A DNA stretch of 64,000 bases from the human T2T-CHM13v2.0 reference genome, Homo sapiens (GCF_009914755.1 NC_060945.1), one strand, 5' to 3'. Shown: positions 1 through 12,234, counted from the first letter of the stretch. Made by a program: numbers and translations. The notes: generated by a model not told the origin, from the letters alone.

Positions 1-216
1 CCCCACCTGCAACCTGACTGACAGACTCAGGGATCCTCGTACCTGCCTGTGATGTCTTTTCCTACCTAGCCTGACCTCCCATCTGCAAAACCCTCCCATC
101 CTTGGATGCCCAGCTTCACATCCTCCAAGGACTCTCCTCTCCAAGACTTTCCAACTCCCAAGCGCCCACAGAGCAGTCACTGTTTCTCAACTATGACTTC
201 TTATGAGTAACACTGA

Positions 217-407
217 AAACACAGATTCCTGTCTCTACCAAAAACCTTTAAAAATTAAGAATTAGCTGGGTGTGGTGGCGTGTGCTTATAGTCCTGGCTA
301 CTCCGGATGCTGCAGCAGGGGGATCGCTTGAGCCCAGGAGTTCAGGGTTGCAGAGATGTTGCCACTGCAGATTGAAACCCTGTCACTAAAAAAAAAAAAA
401 AAAAAAT
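217..407 (+). mobile_element. 5'-truncated AluJ-type SINE
   Basis: Right-arm Alu motifs (attagctgggtgtggtggc, gatcgcttgagcccaggagttc) followed by a poly-A tail. Confidence 0.85.
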
Positions 408-677
408 ACATAAAATAAAATAAAAATAGGTAGATAGATGATTGATAGATATGAAGGTATGATACAGAGATATATGCCATACTTCATTGTTATTGAGTGC
501 GTGCTTTTGCAAACTCATCCCCTATGCACACTGCCCCACCTCTCCAACCCAGATCTGGAATACATCCCCAGGCAGGAGCTCCAATAAGTCACTCATCTAT
601 GTTGTATTATAGTAATTGTTTATACATATACAAACATAAATTTACACTTATTGTTACTATTTGTGTGTACATATGTT

Positions 678-1142
678 TATGGTAGGCAGAATAATATCCT
701 CCCCGCCTCCAGCAAAATATGACAAAATAGGGCCATCTCCTAATCCCTGGAACCCATGAGTATGTTACTTTCCATGGCAAAAGGGACTTTGCAGATGTGA
801 TCAAGGTTGAGATGGGAAAATTCTTCTGGACTATCCAGGTGAGCCCAATCTAATCACACGAGCCTTTAAAGTGGGGATCCTTTCCCCGATGTGGGCACGG
901 AGAGGTGTGAGCATGGAAGGGTCAGAGACAGACGAAGGGGCCACCAGCCCAGGGGCAGGAAGAAGCCGGGAAGCACAGGAGAACAGAATCTCCAGAAAGG
1001 AGAGCAGCGCCGCCACCTTCACGTTAGACCCAGGAGACCTGGGTCAGATGGCTAGCCACCAGGAGTGTAAGATGCTAAGTTTGCATTGTTTTAAGCCACT
1101 GTGTTTGTGATAAGTTGTTAGAGCAGCAGCAGAACTAATACA
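678..1142 (+). mobile_element. MLT1 (MLT1D-like) ERVL-MaLR solo LTR
   Basis: Starts tatggtaggcagaataat, contains gactttgcagatgtgatcaagg, ends gcagcagcagaactaataca. Confidence 0.85.
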
Positions 1143-2318
1143 GCGTGTGCGTGTGTGTGTGTCTGCATACACATGTGTGTGCACTTGTATCCCTGCTATG
1201 CCAGAGTTCTTAAAGACAAGATGCATGCTCAAATCACCTTTGTATCCCTTATGGAACCCAGAAGGAACCGTCACAGTGTGAACATATTAGTGTAATTCCA
1301 CCCATATATTAGTAATTCTTAAATGACACAGAATGTACATTGACCGGGGCTGACATTCATTTCTAAGCCAAGAAAAATGGTAATGAGGTGCAAAGAGGAA
1401 ACCTGTTGCCCTTGGGATTATCAAAATCTCTCACCTCAGAAGAGGCTTTCTGGGAGACGTCATGGCCCAAATCAGGCCACAAGGAACTGCGTCTCCGGCC
1501 TGTAATTATTTCCTTTGACAATGATGAGCTAGACTCATGCTGCTGCCAGTAGAACCCTAGAGCCACTGCACCTCCTTCCAGGGCCTCCACCTCCCACTGA
1601 TCCGGCCCAGAGGCAGAGCAGCAGCTACAAGGGCCAAGTCACAGCATGGGGCATCAGAAGACCCCAGGCCGGGCCCTACCCTCTAGCCCCTCACCCCTCT
1701 CCTTGCTGAATGTGGAAGCCAGCTAAGTCCAGGCAGGTGGTTGGAGGGATAGAGAAGGCCCAGGGAGGTTCTGGGTGCCAGACGCAGGAGAGGAGACCAA
1801 AGGTGGGGAGAAGAGGGTGTTCCCAGGAAGGAGACGCCCTGCTGGGAAACCCTGACCCCAGCCAGTGGCCAGGATGCCAGCTCTCTGCTGAGCCTAACAA
1901 GCCTGGTCGCACATACAGCATCGAAGCCCCAGTCCCAACCAGCTGGGCCAGGTGTGTGATGACATCACGGCTCTAATGACCCCGCCAGGTGACCAAAATC
2001 AACCTCGGGTCTGGGATAAAGAGTCACTGACATGATAAATACTGAAAGCCAAGCCGATAAGATGAAATGGGTGGGTGGTTTCCCTTAAAGAGTTACTGAA
2101 GGGTTGTCCAAGCCTTTGACAACCTTCATCAGATGAACAATTATTGGTTGCATGGTTGGTGCGAGCCAGGTGTGGATGCAAAGGTAAGCAACACGTTCCC
2201 TATCTAGGAGGAGGCAGAATAATTAAGATTTCTTGGGAATAAAATCTGACCCAGCTCCTAGCACCTGCTCAACAATCTTAGCTCTTTTATTTACATTTAT
2301 TCAGTCTCAGATTTGCTC

Positions 2319-2536
2319 CCCGCTTCCTGTCCCCATCCCTCAGCTTTTTCTTTTAGAGCAAGCATCTAGTCCTTCTCTTGATACCAATGCAAATAGCCGA
2401 GACCCTTCCATTCATGTAAGACCCCATCTTCTTCCACTGCTAAAGAACTCTTGACTTAGTACAACATAAAAGACTTAAATTGTTTTCGGTTTATCTACAT
2501 GAAGCCTGGCACTCTAAAATTTCCAAAGGATATGGA
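2319..2536 (+). repeat. 218-bp dispersed duplication, copy 1
   Basis: Ungapped match to 4410-4627 with 17 mismatches by manual count. Confidence 0.97.
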
Positions 2537-2962
2537 GTTGCTTTGTGACCTTTTGCAACTTCCTTTCTTTGCAAAACAAAAAAAGGTGTCCATCCTTCAA
2601 GCAGCCAGTTAGGTGGTTGATAAATATCCGAGTTCTAAGAAAGAGGATTACCAAGGGAAGAGATAACTTCTGCACCTCCTCACAAGAGTACAGTGTGCAT
2701 GGGATCCTAATTTCTGAACCTGGGTCTTCCATTTCTAAGTCATTCTAATGGCAGATATTATGAAAATATTCTCACTCCCCCACATTGCTCAGAATCTTCT
2801 TGTCATCAGATAATGTCTCATAGAGGAAGGAGTCATTTTCTGGGAGCTCTAACCACAAAAAACATCTGGAGCCTTCTTAGAATCCAGGGTTAAAGGTCAG
2901 GGTGACTGGAACATTTGGGATGGTCACATCGTTCCTCTCCTAGCTTTACGTCAGGGAAACGT

Positions 2963-2998
2963 GGTACCACAGTGTGATTCGGTACCACAGTGTGATTC
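2963..2998. repeat. Perfect 18-bp tandem duplication (ggtaccacagtgtgattc x2)
   Basis: Read directly from the sequence. Confidence 0.97.
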
Positions 2999-3289
2999 AG
3001 GGCTGCGTGTGACATCAACCTGCATGCTCTGGGGGCACGAGTGTGCCCTCATTAAAAACAAGCCCTCAAGAGATGAGAACCAATCTTTGGAGACACCAGC
3101 ATTAAATGCCAGGAGCTTGGCCGTTGGCTGTAGGAATTTCCCAAACAGCAACATCTGTTACTAAGGAAACGACAATATCACTGCAATCCTCTAGCAGCTA
3201 CTGTTTTACAGCACGGACCAGAGAGACAATAGTCTTGCACCTGCTCACTCACTCTGTCCTCCCAGCAGCCTTGCCAGGGATATGTGTAT

Positions 3290-3415
3290 GACATCCTCAG
3301 CACACCCTCGGATGTGATATTGTGTGAATCAGCCCATTCCTCAGATGAGGAGACTGAGGCAGCTGGGAAGTGTATCCTGTTTGGGTCACATAGTGAGGGG
3401 CAGAGCTGTGACGAC
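3290..3415 (-). mobile_element. MIR SINE fragment
   Basis: MIR core motif cagatgaggagactgaggc...ggtcacatag. Confidence 0.6.
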
Positions 3416-3721
3416 GAAGGTCTCCCACTCCAGCCCCCTCCGTAGAGCCCTGTCCACGGCATTCAGGCCAACTCTCACACCCGCTGAGTGGCTGTTTCTC
3501 AGAGTGTTTACATCGGTTTCCTCAGCTCTGCAGACCCGGCCTCCTCTACTTCCTCCCTTGCCTTTCTCTCTCCAGCACACGCTCACAAAGAGGAAAAAGG
3601 CCACCGCAGTAAGCCAAGCTGTCTGTCCAGCATGGACCATGGGCCGACACCACGCCAGGCCTCCTCTTGAACCTATTCCCTACAGAGGCCTTGCCAGCAG
3701 CCACAGAGCCTTGAGCAGGAA

Positions 3722-3788
3722 GCGGGCGGGGGGGGGGGGGAGGCGGGGGGCGCGGGGGGGCAGGGGGAGTGGCAGGAGGGTGGGGGAG
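3722..3788 (+). repeat. G-rich low-complexity tract (G13 run plus further G runs)
   Basis: gcgggcggggggggggggg aggcggggggcgcggggggg cagggggag. Confidence 0.9.
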
Positions 3789-3879
3789 TGCCGAGGCTGG
3801 GCCATCACCCTGCCAGATGCTGGAAGGCGCTTGCTTTTATGCTTTCAGAGGCAGGTCCCTGGAAGAAGGTCTCCCCAGC

Positions 3880-4309
3880 TGTATGCATTTCCTAGGGCTG
3901 CTATAAAAATGACCACAAACTAGGTGTTAATTCTTTTGTTCTTGAAACAACAGAAATTTATCCTTTCATAGTTCTGGAGGGCAGAAGTCTGGCAACAAGG
4001 CAGTGGCAGGGCCACGCTCCCCTGAAGGCTCAGGGAGGAACCTTCCCTGCCTGTCCCAGCCACCATCCTCGGCATTCTTTGGCCGTGGCTGCACCGCCCT
4101 CATCTCTGCCTCTAGCTTCACGCGGCCTTCTCCCTGTGTCTCTCTCCCCTTCCTAGAAGGAGAGCAGGCATTGGATTTGGGGCCACTCTAATTCACTATG
4201 ACCTCATCTTGACTTAACATCTGCAAAGACCCTGCTTCTAAATAAAGCCACATTCTGAGGTTCTGGTTAGACATGAATTTGCGGGGGACATTACTCAATC
4301 CACTTAGCA
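3880..4309 (-). mobile_element. MLT1 (B/C-like) solo LTR
   Basis: tttcctagggctgctataaaaatgaccacaaact...acagaaatttat...gacatgaatttgcgggggaca. Confidence 0.85.
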
Positions 4310-4409
4310 ATGTCGTGTACTCACCTCCTCTGCCAGGCCTCTCTGGCAAACAAGCAGGAGTCTACCTGTCACCTTCCAACTCAGGAAGGTGGGGCTTGGG
4401 TCCCAGCTT

Positions 4410-4627
4410 CCCGCTTCCTGCCCCCATCCCTCAGCTTTTTCTTTTAGTGCAAGCGTCTAGTCCTTCTGTTGATACCGACGCAAATAGCCAAGACCCTTCC
4501 ATTCGTGTAAGACCCCATCTTCTTCCACCGCTAAAGAACTCTTGGCTTAGTAGAACATAAATGACTTAAATTGTTTTTGGTGTATTTACATGAGGCCCGG
4601 CACTCTAAAATTTCCAAAGGATATGGA
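4410..4627 (+). repeat. 218-bp dispersed duplication, copy 2
   Basis: About 92% identical to 2319-2536. Confidence 0.97.
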
Positions 4628-6234
4628 TTAGTGGATGGGATGGGGGGATGAAAGGACATCAAGTTTGACTCCATCCATACTTGGGGAACAACTGCAAAGT
4701 TTCCTGGGGGTCTATGTAGGCTGGAAAAGACATGGTCCCAAAGTTACACAGCCTTCATTTCTCAGAGATTCAGTCTTGCACAGAATGTCAGGCAACCAGT
4801 TTTCCAACTTCAGGTTTCTAAGTCGATTTCTTCTCAAGTTCTATGCATCTGTCTATTGGAAAGTCCTGCAGCTGGGGTCGGACGTCCCGGCTGAGCTTCA
4901 GGACTTTATCACATTGGGTGAGCCCATGGGTCCTCAGTCAGAGATTCCACGGTAACATATAGAGAGATGAGGGTAGAAACGTAGCTCACTGTGGCAACCC
5001 CATGACCACCAATGGGGACCGCCACAGTGAGAGTGCTTCCCAAGCTCCACGAGCCACCCAACCCTTCCTGGTCAGATCGGATCACCCCAAGTGACTGTTG
5101 AGATGCACTCAGTGGGTCAGAAAGGCAAGTGGGTGAGAGCAGATCACAGCCCTCCAAGAGCAACGTTCTCTAGGAAGGAATGATCCAGAGAACAGAGTGG
5201 GTGTCAGATGACTTGGGAGAGACACTGTTCCGTGTAGTTGAGGAGATTCAAGATTTAAACTTGAAGAGCTGAGTCAAGTATGAAATGGGGCTTCTGTTTT
5301 TCCACTGGGTTTATTCAAACAGTAGGTCCCCTGCTTCTTCCAGCCCTTTCTGTGGTCGAAAGACATCATCGGTCATGTACTTTCTGTTTCCTCTGTCCTG
5401 CTGGCCCCCAGGTTCCAGGGAATCCTTCTGCCCTCCAGCAAGATGACACCTGATGAAAAAAAAAGAATATCGAGTCAGTTCAAGCTGTGTGCATCTCCAC
5501 AGCACAGCTAGCTGCCCCAGGGGACTGCTCAACTCACTTTGTACTTGAAACATTTCTTTTTTTAACCTAATCTAAATTTAGGAGCTAGCCAACAGAATAG
5601 AATAACAGGAAAACTCACGCCAAAGCCCTGGCACCTCCCACCCTGTCCCACCCAGCTTCCAGCTTCCTCTTTCCTCAGCCAAGAACCCTGACAGCCTGAC
5701 CCTGCTGGCAGAAGGTCCTGTATTTCCCAGCAGCTGATGGCGAAGATTCAGAGCCTCACACTGGAGCCCACCCTGCAGAGCTCCTTCCAGCTAAGGAACA
5801 GGGGCCAGAGAGCTGTGCACAGCCCACGGCCCCTCACAGAGGGGGATCCCAGGCAGAAAAGGACTCAAAATCCAAATCTGGCCATTCACAATCCCCTCCC
5901 TGCATTTACTTCCTCATTACCCTTACAAGTATAGAGAGAACAGAATCGTTTCTGTTTTAGCATAATGTTTGTTAGACAGGTTGTACTCCACGGGTGTGAA
6001 TTTTCTAGAAAAATGTTTCCATTTTATATTTCCATTCAGTTGACAATATAAATTTTAAAAATTAGTCTACTTTCATAAATTCACAGTTGAAAGACAGTTT
6101 TGTAGAATAAGACTAACACAGTATTTTACAAATGAGAAGAGAACCCATTGTTTTTTCCCCCTTTAAGTGGGATCTAAGCATTACTCAAATTTGGAAGAGA
6201 GAAAAAAAGCAGCGTTAGAATAGAATCGATAATC

Positions 6235-6406
6235 CAGTGGTCCTCAAGGTGTGCTCTTGGGGCCAGCAGCATCAGCATCACCTGGGAGCTTGTTAGAAAT
6301 GCAAACTCCTGGGCCTCACCCAGATCTTCTGAATCAGAACTCTGAAATCCGTGTTTTAACACGCCCTGCAGGGAATTCCGACACAACCTAAACCTGAGAA
6401 ACGCTG
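6235..6406. mobile_element. MER5A hAT-Charlie MITE
   Basis: cagtggtcctcaag...cagcagcatcagcatcacctgggagcttgttagaaatgca...tgagaaacgctg. Confidence 0.85.
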
Positions 6407-6644
6407 TTGCAATCTAATGAATATTCAAATTGTTATGCTAGAACCTGGAATTCTAGCATCTCTTAGCACATATTTTTAATTGAACCTAGGGCGTTTCTAC
6501 ACATATTTTCACCTGTCACCTATTTCCCTTTGGAATGGGTCCCTTTGACCTATTATATGATGCCTCAGATCCCAAGAGAGATTTCAGCACAACTCCTGGA
6601 GTTGCTGTATGATGGAGTAACTACAATTCACAGGGTTTGCATCA

Positions 6645-6875
6645 TTCGCTGAGCAGGTACCAGACACCAGGCGCTGCACAAATTCATTTAATCCTCCCAA
6701 CAACCAATGGGATTTAAAATAACAAACTAAAAAAAAAAAACCAACAACAAAAAACACTCTATTAACTTCATTTCACAGATGAGAAAACTGAGGCCCAGAG
6801 AAGTTAAGCATCTTGCCCAAGGTCACACAGCTGATTGGGACAGAGTTAGAGCTGGAGCTCACGTTGCCTGGTCCC
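6645..6875 (-). mobile_element. MIR SINE
   Basis: acagatgagaaaactgaggcccagagaagttaag...ttgcccaaggtcacacagct. Confidence 0.85.
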
Positions 6876-9800
6876 CATACTCACAAGATGTTGACCCTGC
6901 AGGAAAGAAAAATTATCTGGGATGCTTTCTAGAACAGGATAGACATCTAAACCTCTAGGGACTTCAGAGGCAATGAAGTCCACTCCTCTATTTCACAGAT
7001 GAACATACTAAGGCCCAGGGGTCTTACAGGGCAATGGTACAGGGTCCCCCAGCTGGCTGCAGCAGAACCAGGACAACCCTGAGGTCTACCATACTGTACT
7101 CTTCACTTAGAAAAGCCACAGTCCCTGGGTGGCAGATGGAGAGGACAGGGCTTAGGTCACGCGTCCACAAGCACTTGGCCCACTTCAAACGCTTTCACGG
7201 TTCCCAAAATGCAAGAACTAGAGGCCTGACCTCATGTGAACAAAGCATTTTTGAATTCTAATTAATAATGAGCCACATAATTATCTTCTTTGGAGGAGCA
7301 TATTTAACAGGAATAACTCCAGCGCTAATAAATCAGTTTTTTCTAAGGAAGTCACGACTTTTCCCACCTTGTCACCTCAGAGAGGATTTCTGCTCTAAGC
7401 TGTTTGAGCCTGTTCCTGGTTTCTATGAGGCAGAGAAGCCAGACTGTGCTGGTGGAAACCTTTTTTTCTTTTTCTTCCTCCGCCACCCTGTTGCTTGTTT
7501 TCAGGTGCTCTTGGCCCCCCGACCCTGCTCCCGTCTGTGTGTCTTCTGCTTTTACAAAGGGCGAGTTTCCACTGTTTCTTCTGCAATGCTCAAACATGAT
7601 TGGCGTCCACCCCTCTCCCTGTGTCCGGAACTGGTGTTTGAGCCGTAACCATTTCCACAGCCTTGACTATTTTTCCCTAACAAAATACACCTTTGAATAA
7701 ATGGCCTTATTGTGCTACCACCTTGGCCTCTTGAATGACAGTTTCTCCTCATGTGATTACCGTGTAGCTTTCACTGGAGATTTGTTTTTCCCAAAACAGC
7801 CTCTGGGATAAAAGCCCTCTGGCCCTGCTGTGGGGTCACTGGTAGCAACATGCCTGCCTCGTGCCCACTTCCACACAAGGCATGGGGCCATCAGCCATCA
7901 TCCCAGCCCTCCAAGAGGCCTTGTAAATTCCCTGGGAAGACAAGTCATATGCTGAATTCAGGAATATAATGCATCATTCAGTAACTTCAGTAATCCCCAT
8001 CCTGGGGGAGCCACAGAACGGGGGTGAGAAATCACAGAATTACGACAAGGTGTCTGGGAACTCAGGTGTCCAACAAGCATTGTCTGAAATCTGAACAAAT
8101 CTGATTGACTGTTTTGCAATAAATATGTAGGTGCTATTAAGGCTAGCAAAACCCCAATTGCCTTAAAAGGGTCAATAATTTATTTATAACACCTATTTGA
8201 CAATAGTTATTTTCTCAACCAACAAATACCAACCTATCCCATGAGTCTTCAAGATGTGTTGACATTACAAAGGACCCTCATTCCAAAACACTGGGAACCC
8301 CTGATCCAAGCAGTCTGTGTCCTGGGAGGTGAAGATATGGGGGTCACCTCAGCAGGGCCTGGGGAAAGGCTCTTTGAGGGGAGGGGCTTCTCACCTGCTT
8401 TTGTACAGGCAGTGGGGTGGCAGTGGGACTTAGGTAAGTGGGCAGTGAGTGGGCAGGGCCCACATTCCCCAAAGGGAAGAGACTGCGGAGGTGTGGGGGA
8501 AGAAACAGTCTGCCCTCAGCTTTTGTTGTGTCCTCCCTGCACTTTCTTACTAGCAGCTGGAGGTCAGAAAAGGGTGTTTGTTCAGGGCTGCTTGAGTGGG
8601 TAACGAGCTGAACCTCTCTGAACATGGCTTCCTCTTCACAGCCTCCAGCACCCATGACCTGGCTCACTCCCCTCCTGGCCAGCCAAGACCGGTCAGTTGG
8701 AAATAACAGCCCCCAGAGCCAAGGCTGACGCTGGCCCAAGGCACTGGCTGTGTGTTCTGCCCCAGCCCTGTCGGGCCAGCGCCTCCAGTAAGGAAAAGAG
8801 ACTTGCTCCGTGGAGCTTCCAATGTGTTTTGGGGTGGGAGGTAGGGATTTGGAGAGGAAGTTGGATCACCTAAAATGCTGACAAACAGACGTACCTTTGC
8901 ACAAACAATGCCAACATGCTGGCAGGATTAAAGTCATTCTTGTTGCTGTGAAACCATTTTGATTATATAAATAAAATAGTGCATCCCCATTGCTGACCTC
9001 CAAGATAAGGAAAGCTTGCCCCACATCCATAAAATAAGAATATTCTTTTGAACTAGCCACACCTAGAGGCTGGCTGTCAGGGCTCCTGAGGGGCCCTACT
9101 GGAATCACAAGCCATCCTAGCCGGCTTCTGTGCCCTCATTCCTGATGCAGCCTCTTCCTGGGGGGATAATTGAGAAAACCCAACGCGGATCAGGCCCTGG
9201 TCTCCATTGGCTCCCTGACCTCGCAGCCAGGGCTACTATCCTGAGTCTTAAGGCTCAGTGGCACCAGTAGCTTTACCTCCAACAGCCAGACCCCGCTCCC
9301 AGTTTCAATCCTTGCTCCTCCCCATGGCTTCCAGGATGGACCCAAGCTCCGGAGAGATGTGCGAAGCCCTCCCAGCTCTGGCCTGCTGGCCTCCCAGGCC
9401 ACGACCACACACACACCCTCTCTCCTGCCACCCCCAGGCCTCCCTCCAGCTCCCCTAGCCAGGCTTCCCTAGCTGGTGTCCCAGGAGCCCGGCCACTTCA
9501 TCTGTGCCGCTGCTGTTGCACAAGTTCCTGCCCCCCGTGCTCCTGGTGGACACACCCTCAGCCTTTGCATTCCATGTTCATCTACCCCTTGGTCACTCCA
9601 CAACTCTTTGTGGCCCTGCCCTGGGGTGGGTGCTGGGGGGTATTGAAGAAGACAGAGGCTCTGGGGTCTCATGAGGCTTATGATCTATTCTACTAGAGAG
9701 AAGCTGAACAGTTATGCATGTTGCTATTTAGTGACAACTGGTATCAGCGCTACCTCGGAAAAGAAGGCTGAATGCAGGAAGAGGATGCCAGGCTGGGGCA

Positions 9801-10084
9801 CTGAGGAAGAGGTGGCGTGTGGCCCGCGGGAAGGCATGAGGGGCTGTCCTTCTGGAACAGGAAGTAGAACATTCTGAAGGGCATGTCACACGTTCTTCAA
9901 GCTCACTCTGCCAGCCACTGGAGAATGGACGTAATGGAGCCAAGGATGGCACCAGGAAGTCACGGGGGCAGTGTTTGCTGCTGTCCAGGTAGGAGATGGT
10001 GATGGGTGCCCTGTCCCGGGGGGAAGTTGTGGAGGCTGATCCAAGTGCACAGAACAACTCTGAGCTGTAGGAGAGGAAGGGGGC

Positions 10085-10625
10085 ATATCCTTCAGAATTC
10101 TCCAGGAAACTTAACCTAGAAGACATAGACAGATAGAGATGTATTACAACGAATTGGCTTGCGTGATTATGGAGGCAGAGAAGTTCCAAGATCTGTGGTC
10201 AGCAAGCTGGACACCCAGGAGAGCTGAGGGTACAGTTCCCATCTGAGTTCAAAGGCCTGAGAACCAGGAGAGCCCAGAGTGTAGGTTCCAGTCCAAAAGC
10301 TGCAGGCTCAAGACCCAGGAAAAGCTGGTGTTTCAGTCCTAGTCCAAAGGCAGGAAAAAGCCCATGAGCTAGCTCGAAGGCCGGCAGGCAGGAGGAATTC
10401 TCTCTTACCTGGGGGAGGGCCAGCCGTGTTCTACTCAGCTCGGGACCCTCAGCTGATCTCATGAGGCCCCCCGACACTGGGGAGGACAATCTACTTTGCG
10501 CACTCATCACCTTAAGTGATAAACTCATCCAAAAACAGCCTCACAGAAATGCCCGGAATCAGGTTAGGCCAAGTATCTGGGCACCCCATGCCCCAGTCAA
10601 GTTGCCACATAGAATTATTCATGGC
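10085..10625 (-). mobile_element. MLT2 ERVL solo LTR
   Basis: gaattggcttgcgtgattatggaggcagagaagttccaagatctg...cccagtcaagttgccacat. Confidence 0.85.
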
Positions 10626-11324
10626 AGGGAGTTATGCAGGTTCTGAGAAGCAGTGTGGGGAGGTGGGTGCAGGATGTGCAGACACACACACAGGTGTGGA
10701 GCTCAGACAAGAAGAACGAGCAGGGGTACAGCCAGGGCAGTACAGGCATATGGAGGTTATTGGGGCCCCGGGAGGCCGTGGAGGCCCTAAAGGAAACAGG
10801 CTGGAGTTCAAGGCACATCCAGGACAGAGCCCTGAGGACCCCCAAAGACCCCACTGCTGGAAGTTTGAGCAGATCGGAAGATGCTGGAGGTAAAAGCACC
10901 TGGGAAGGGGCTGGCATGGGACTGGCCCAGGTGGGTCAGAGGGACCCTGTGCAGTGGGGCTCTGCACCCAGTGCACCTACCACTGACCCCTCATGCACCT
11001 GCCCATTCACCCAACAGTACAATTCGAGGAGCGAGTGAGAAAATCCTCATCTCCAGCTACCTGTCACCCTACCCCTAGCTTCCCTAGTCTCATTTAAGGA
11101 AAAGCAAACCAATTTCCTTTATAGAATGTGCCTGTAAGGCAACGTGACACACAGCTTACAGCAGCCACCAGCAGACTTCACTCATGCCATAAGTGGCGCC
11201 CTCTGCCACACTCTTGTCCTCAGAAGCCCTGAGCTCACCGCACAGGGCACCTCAAGATGGGAGGGGAGCGCCTGTTCCACCGACAAAGTTAGATGAGTAA
11301 GACACCTACTGCAACCTCACCCCT

Positions 11325-11940
11325 CACACACACACTCACGCACACACACTCACATTCATGCTCACACGCTCACACTCACGCTAACACTCACACTCATGCT
11401 CACACTCACACACTCACACTCATGCTCACACTCACGCCTGCACTCACTCATACACACTCTCACTCACTCTGGTGTCCACACTCTCGGGCTGATGTTCACC
11501 AACATACACATATGCATTCACATGCACACACACACACATACATGAACACCTGCACATATACTTGCACTCACATATGCTCACATACACTCACACATACACA
11601 ATCACACTCACTTTCCCAATACACACATACACATTCTCATTCATTCATGTACCACATGCACACACACACATGCACACTCAAATGCTCACATTCACACACA
11701 CCACATGCACACTCTCACACACATTCACACACACATGCACACACACACCACATGCACTCTCAAATTCTCACACACATTCACACGCACATCACATGCACAC
11801 ACACATGCACAATCTCAAACGCTCACACACATTCACACACCCCACATGCACTCTCTCAAACTCTCACATTCACACACACATCACATGCACACACACATGC
11901 TCACATTCACACACCCCACATGCACACACTCCTCACACAT
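11325..11940. repeat. ~615-bp degenerate (CA)n / CACT / CACATG low-complexity array
   Basis: Read directly; it also generates the His/Thr-rich ORFs. Confidence 0.95.
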
Positions 11941-12234
11941 CCCCATGTTTCCGGCCACACCTGCCATTCCATACCCATTCCCTGTGGCCTGAGAGCCTGT
12001 CTGCAGGAGAAGGGGCCTACCCCAGTGCACAGGGAGTGAGGGAGGCTCAGAAGGCCAAGCCATCAGCAGACCATTTAGGGGACCCTTCCAAAGCAGCGGC
12101 TCATCATAGAAGTGGCAGTGAAACGCGGAATAAATGGAGTGAGGAGGTGAGGCAGACAGTAAAGGAAGACACGTTTCATAGGAGGCTCTGCTGCCTCAGG
12201 GAAACACAGCAGAAGGCAGGACCAGGGTGCAGCC

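Noticed and set aside
3324-3923. 199-aa ORF with an RGG-like stretch
   Set aside because: It starts in a MIR, crosses the G tract and ends in an MLT1 LTR, so it is a compositional artefact.
11193-11210. CTCF-like motif ggcgccctctgcc (and caagatggcgcc near 36667)
   Set aside because: Only the AGRKGGCGC half matches; the conserved CC core positions do not.
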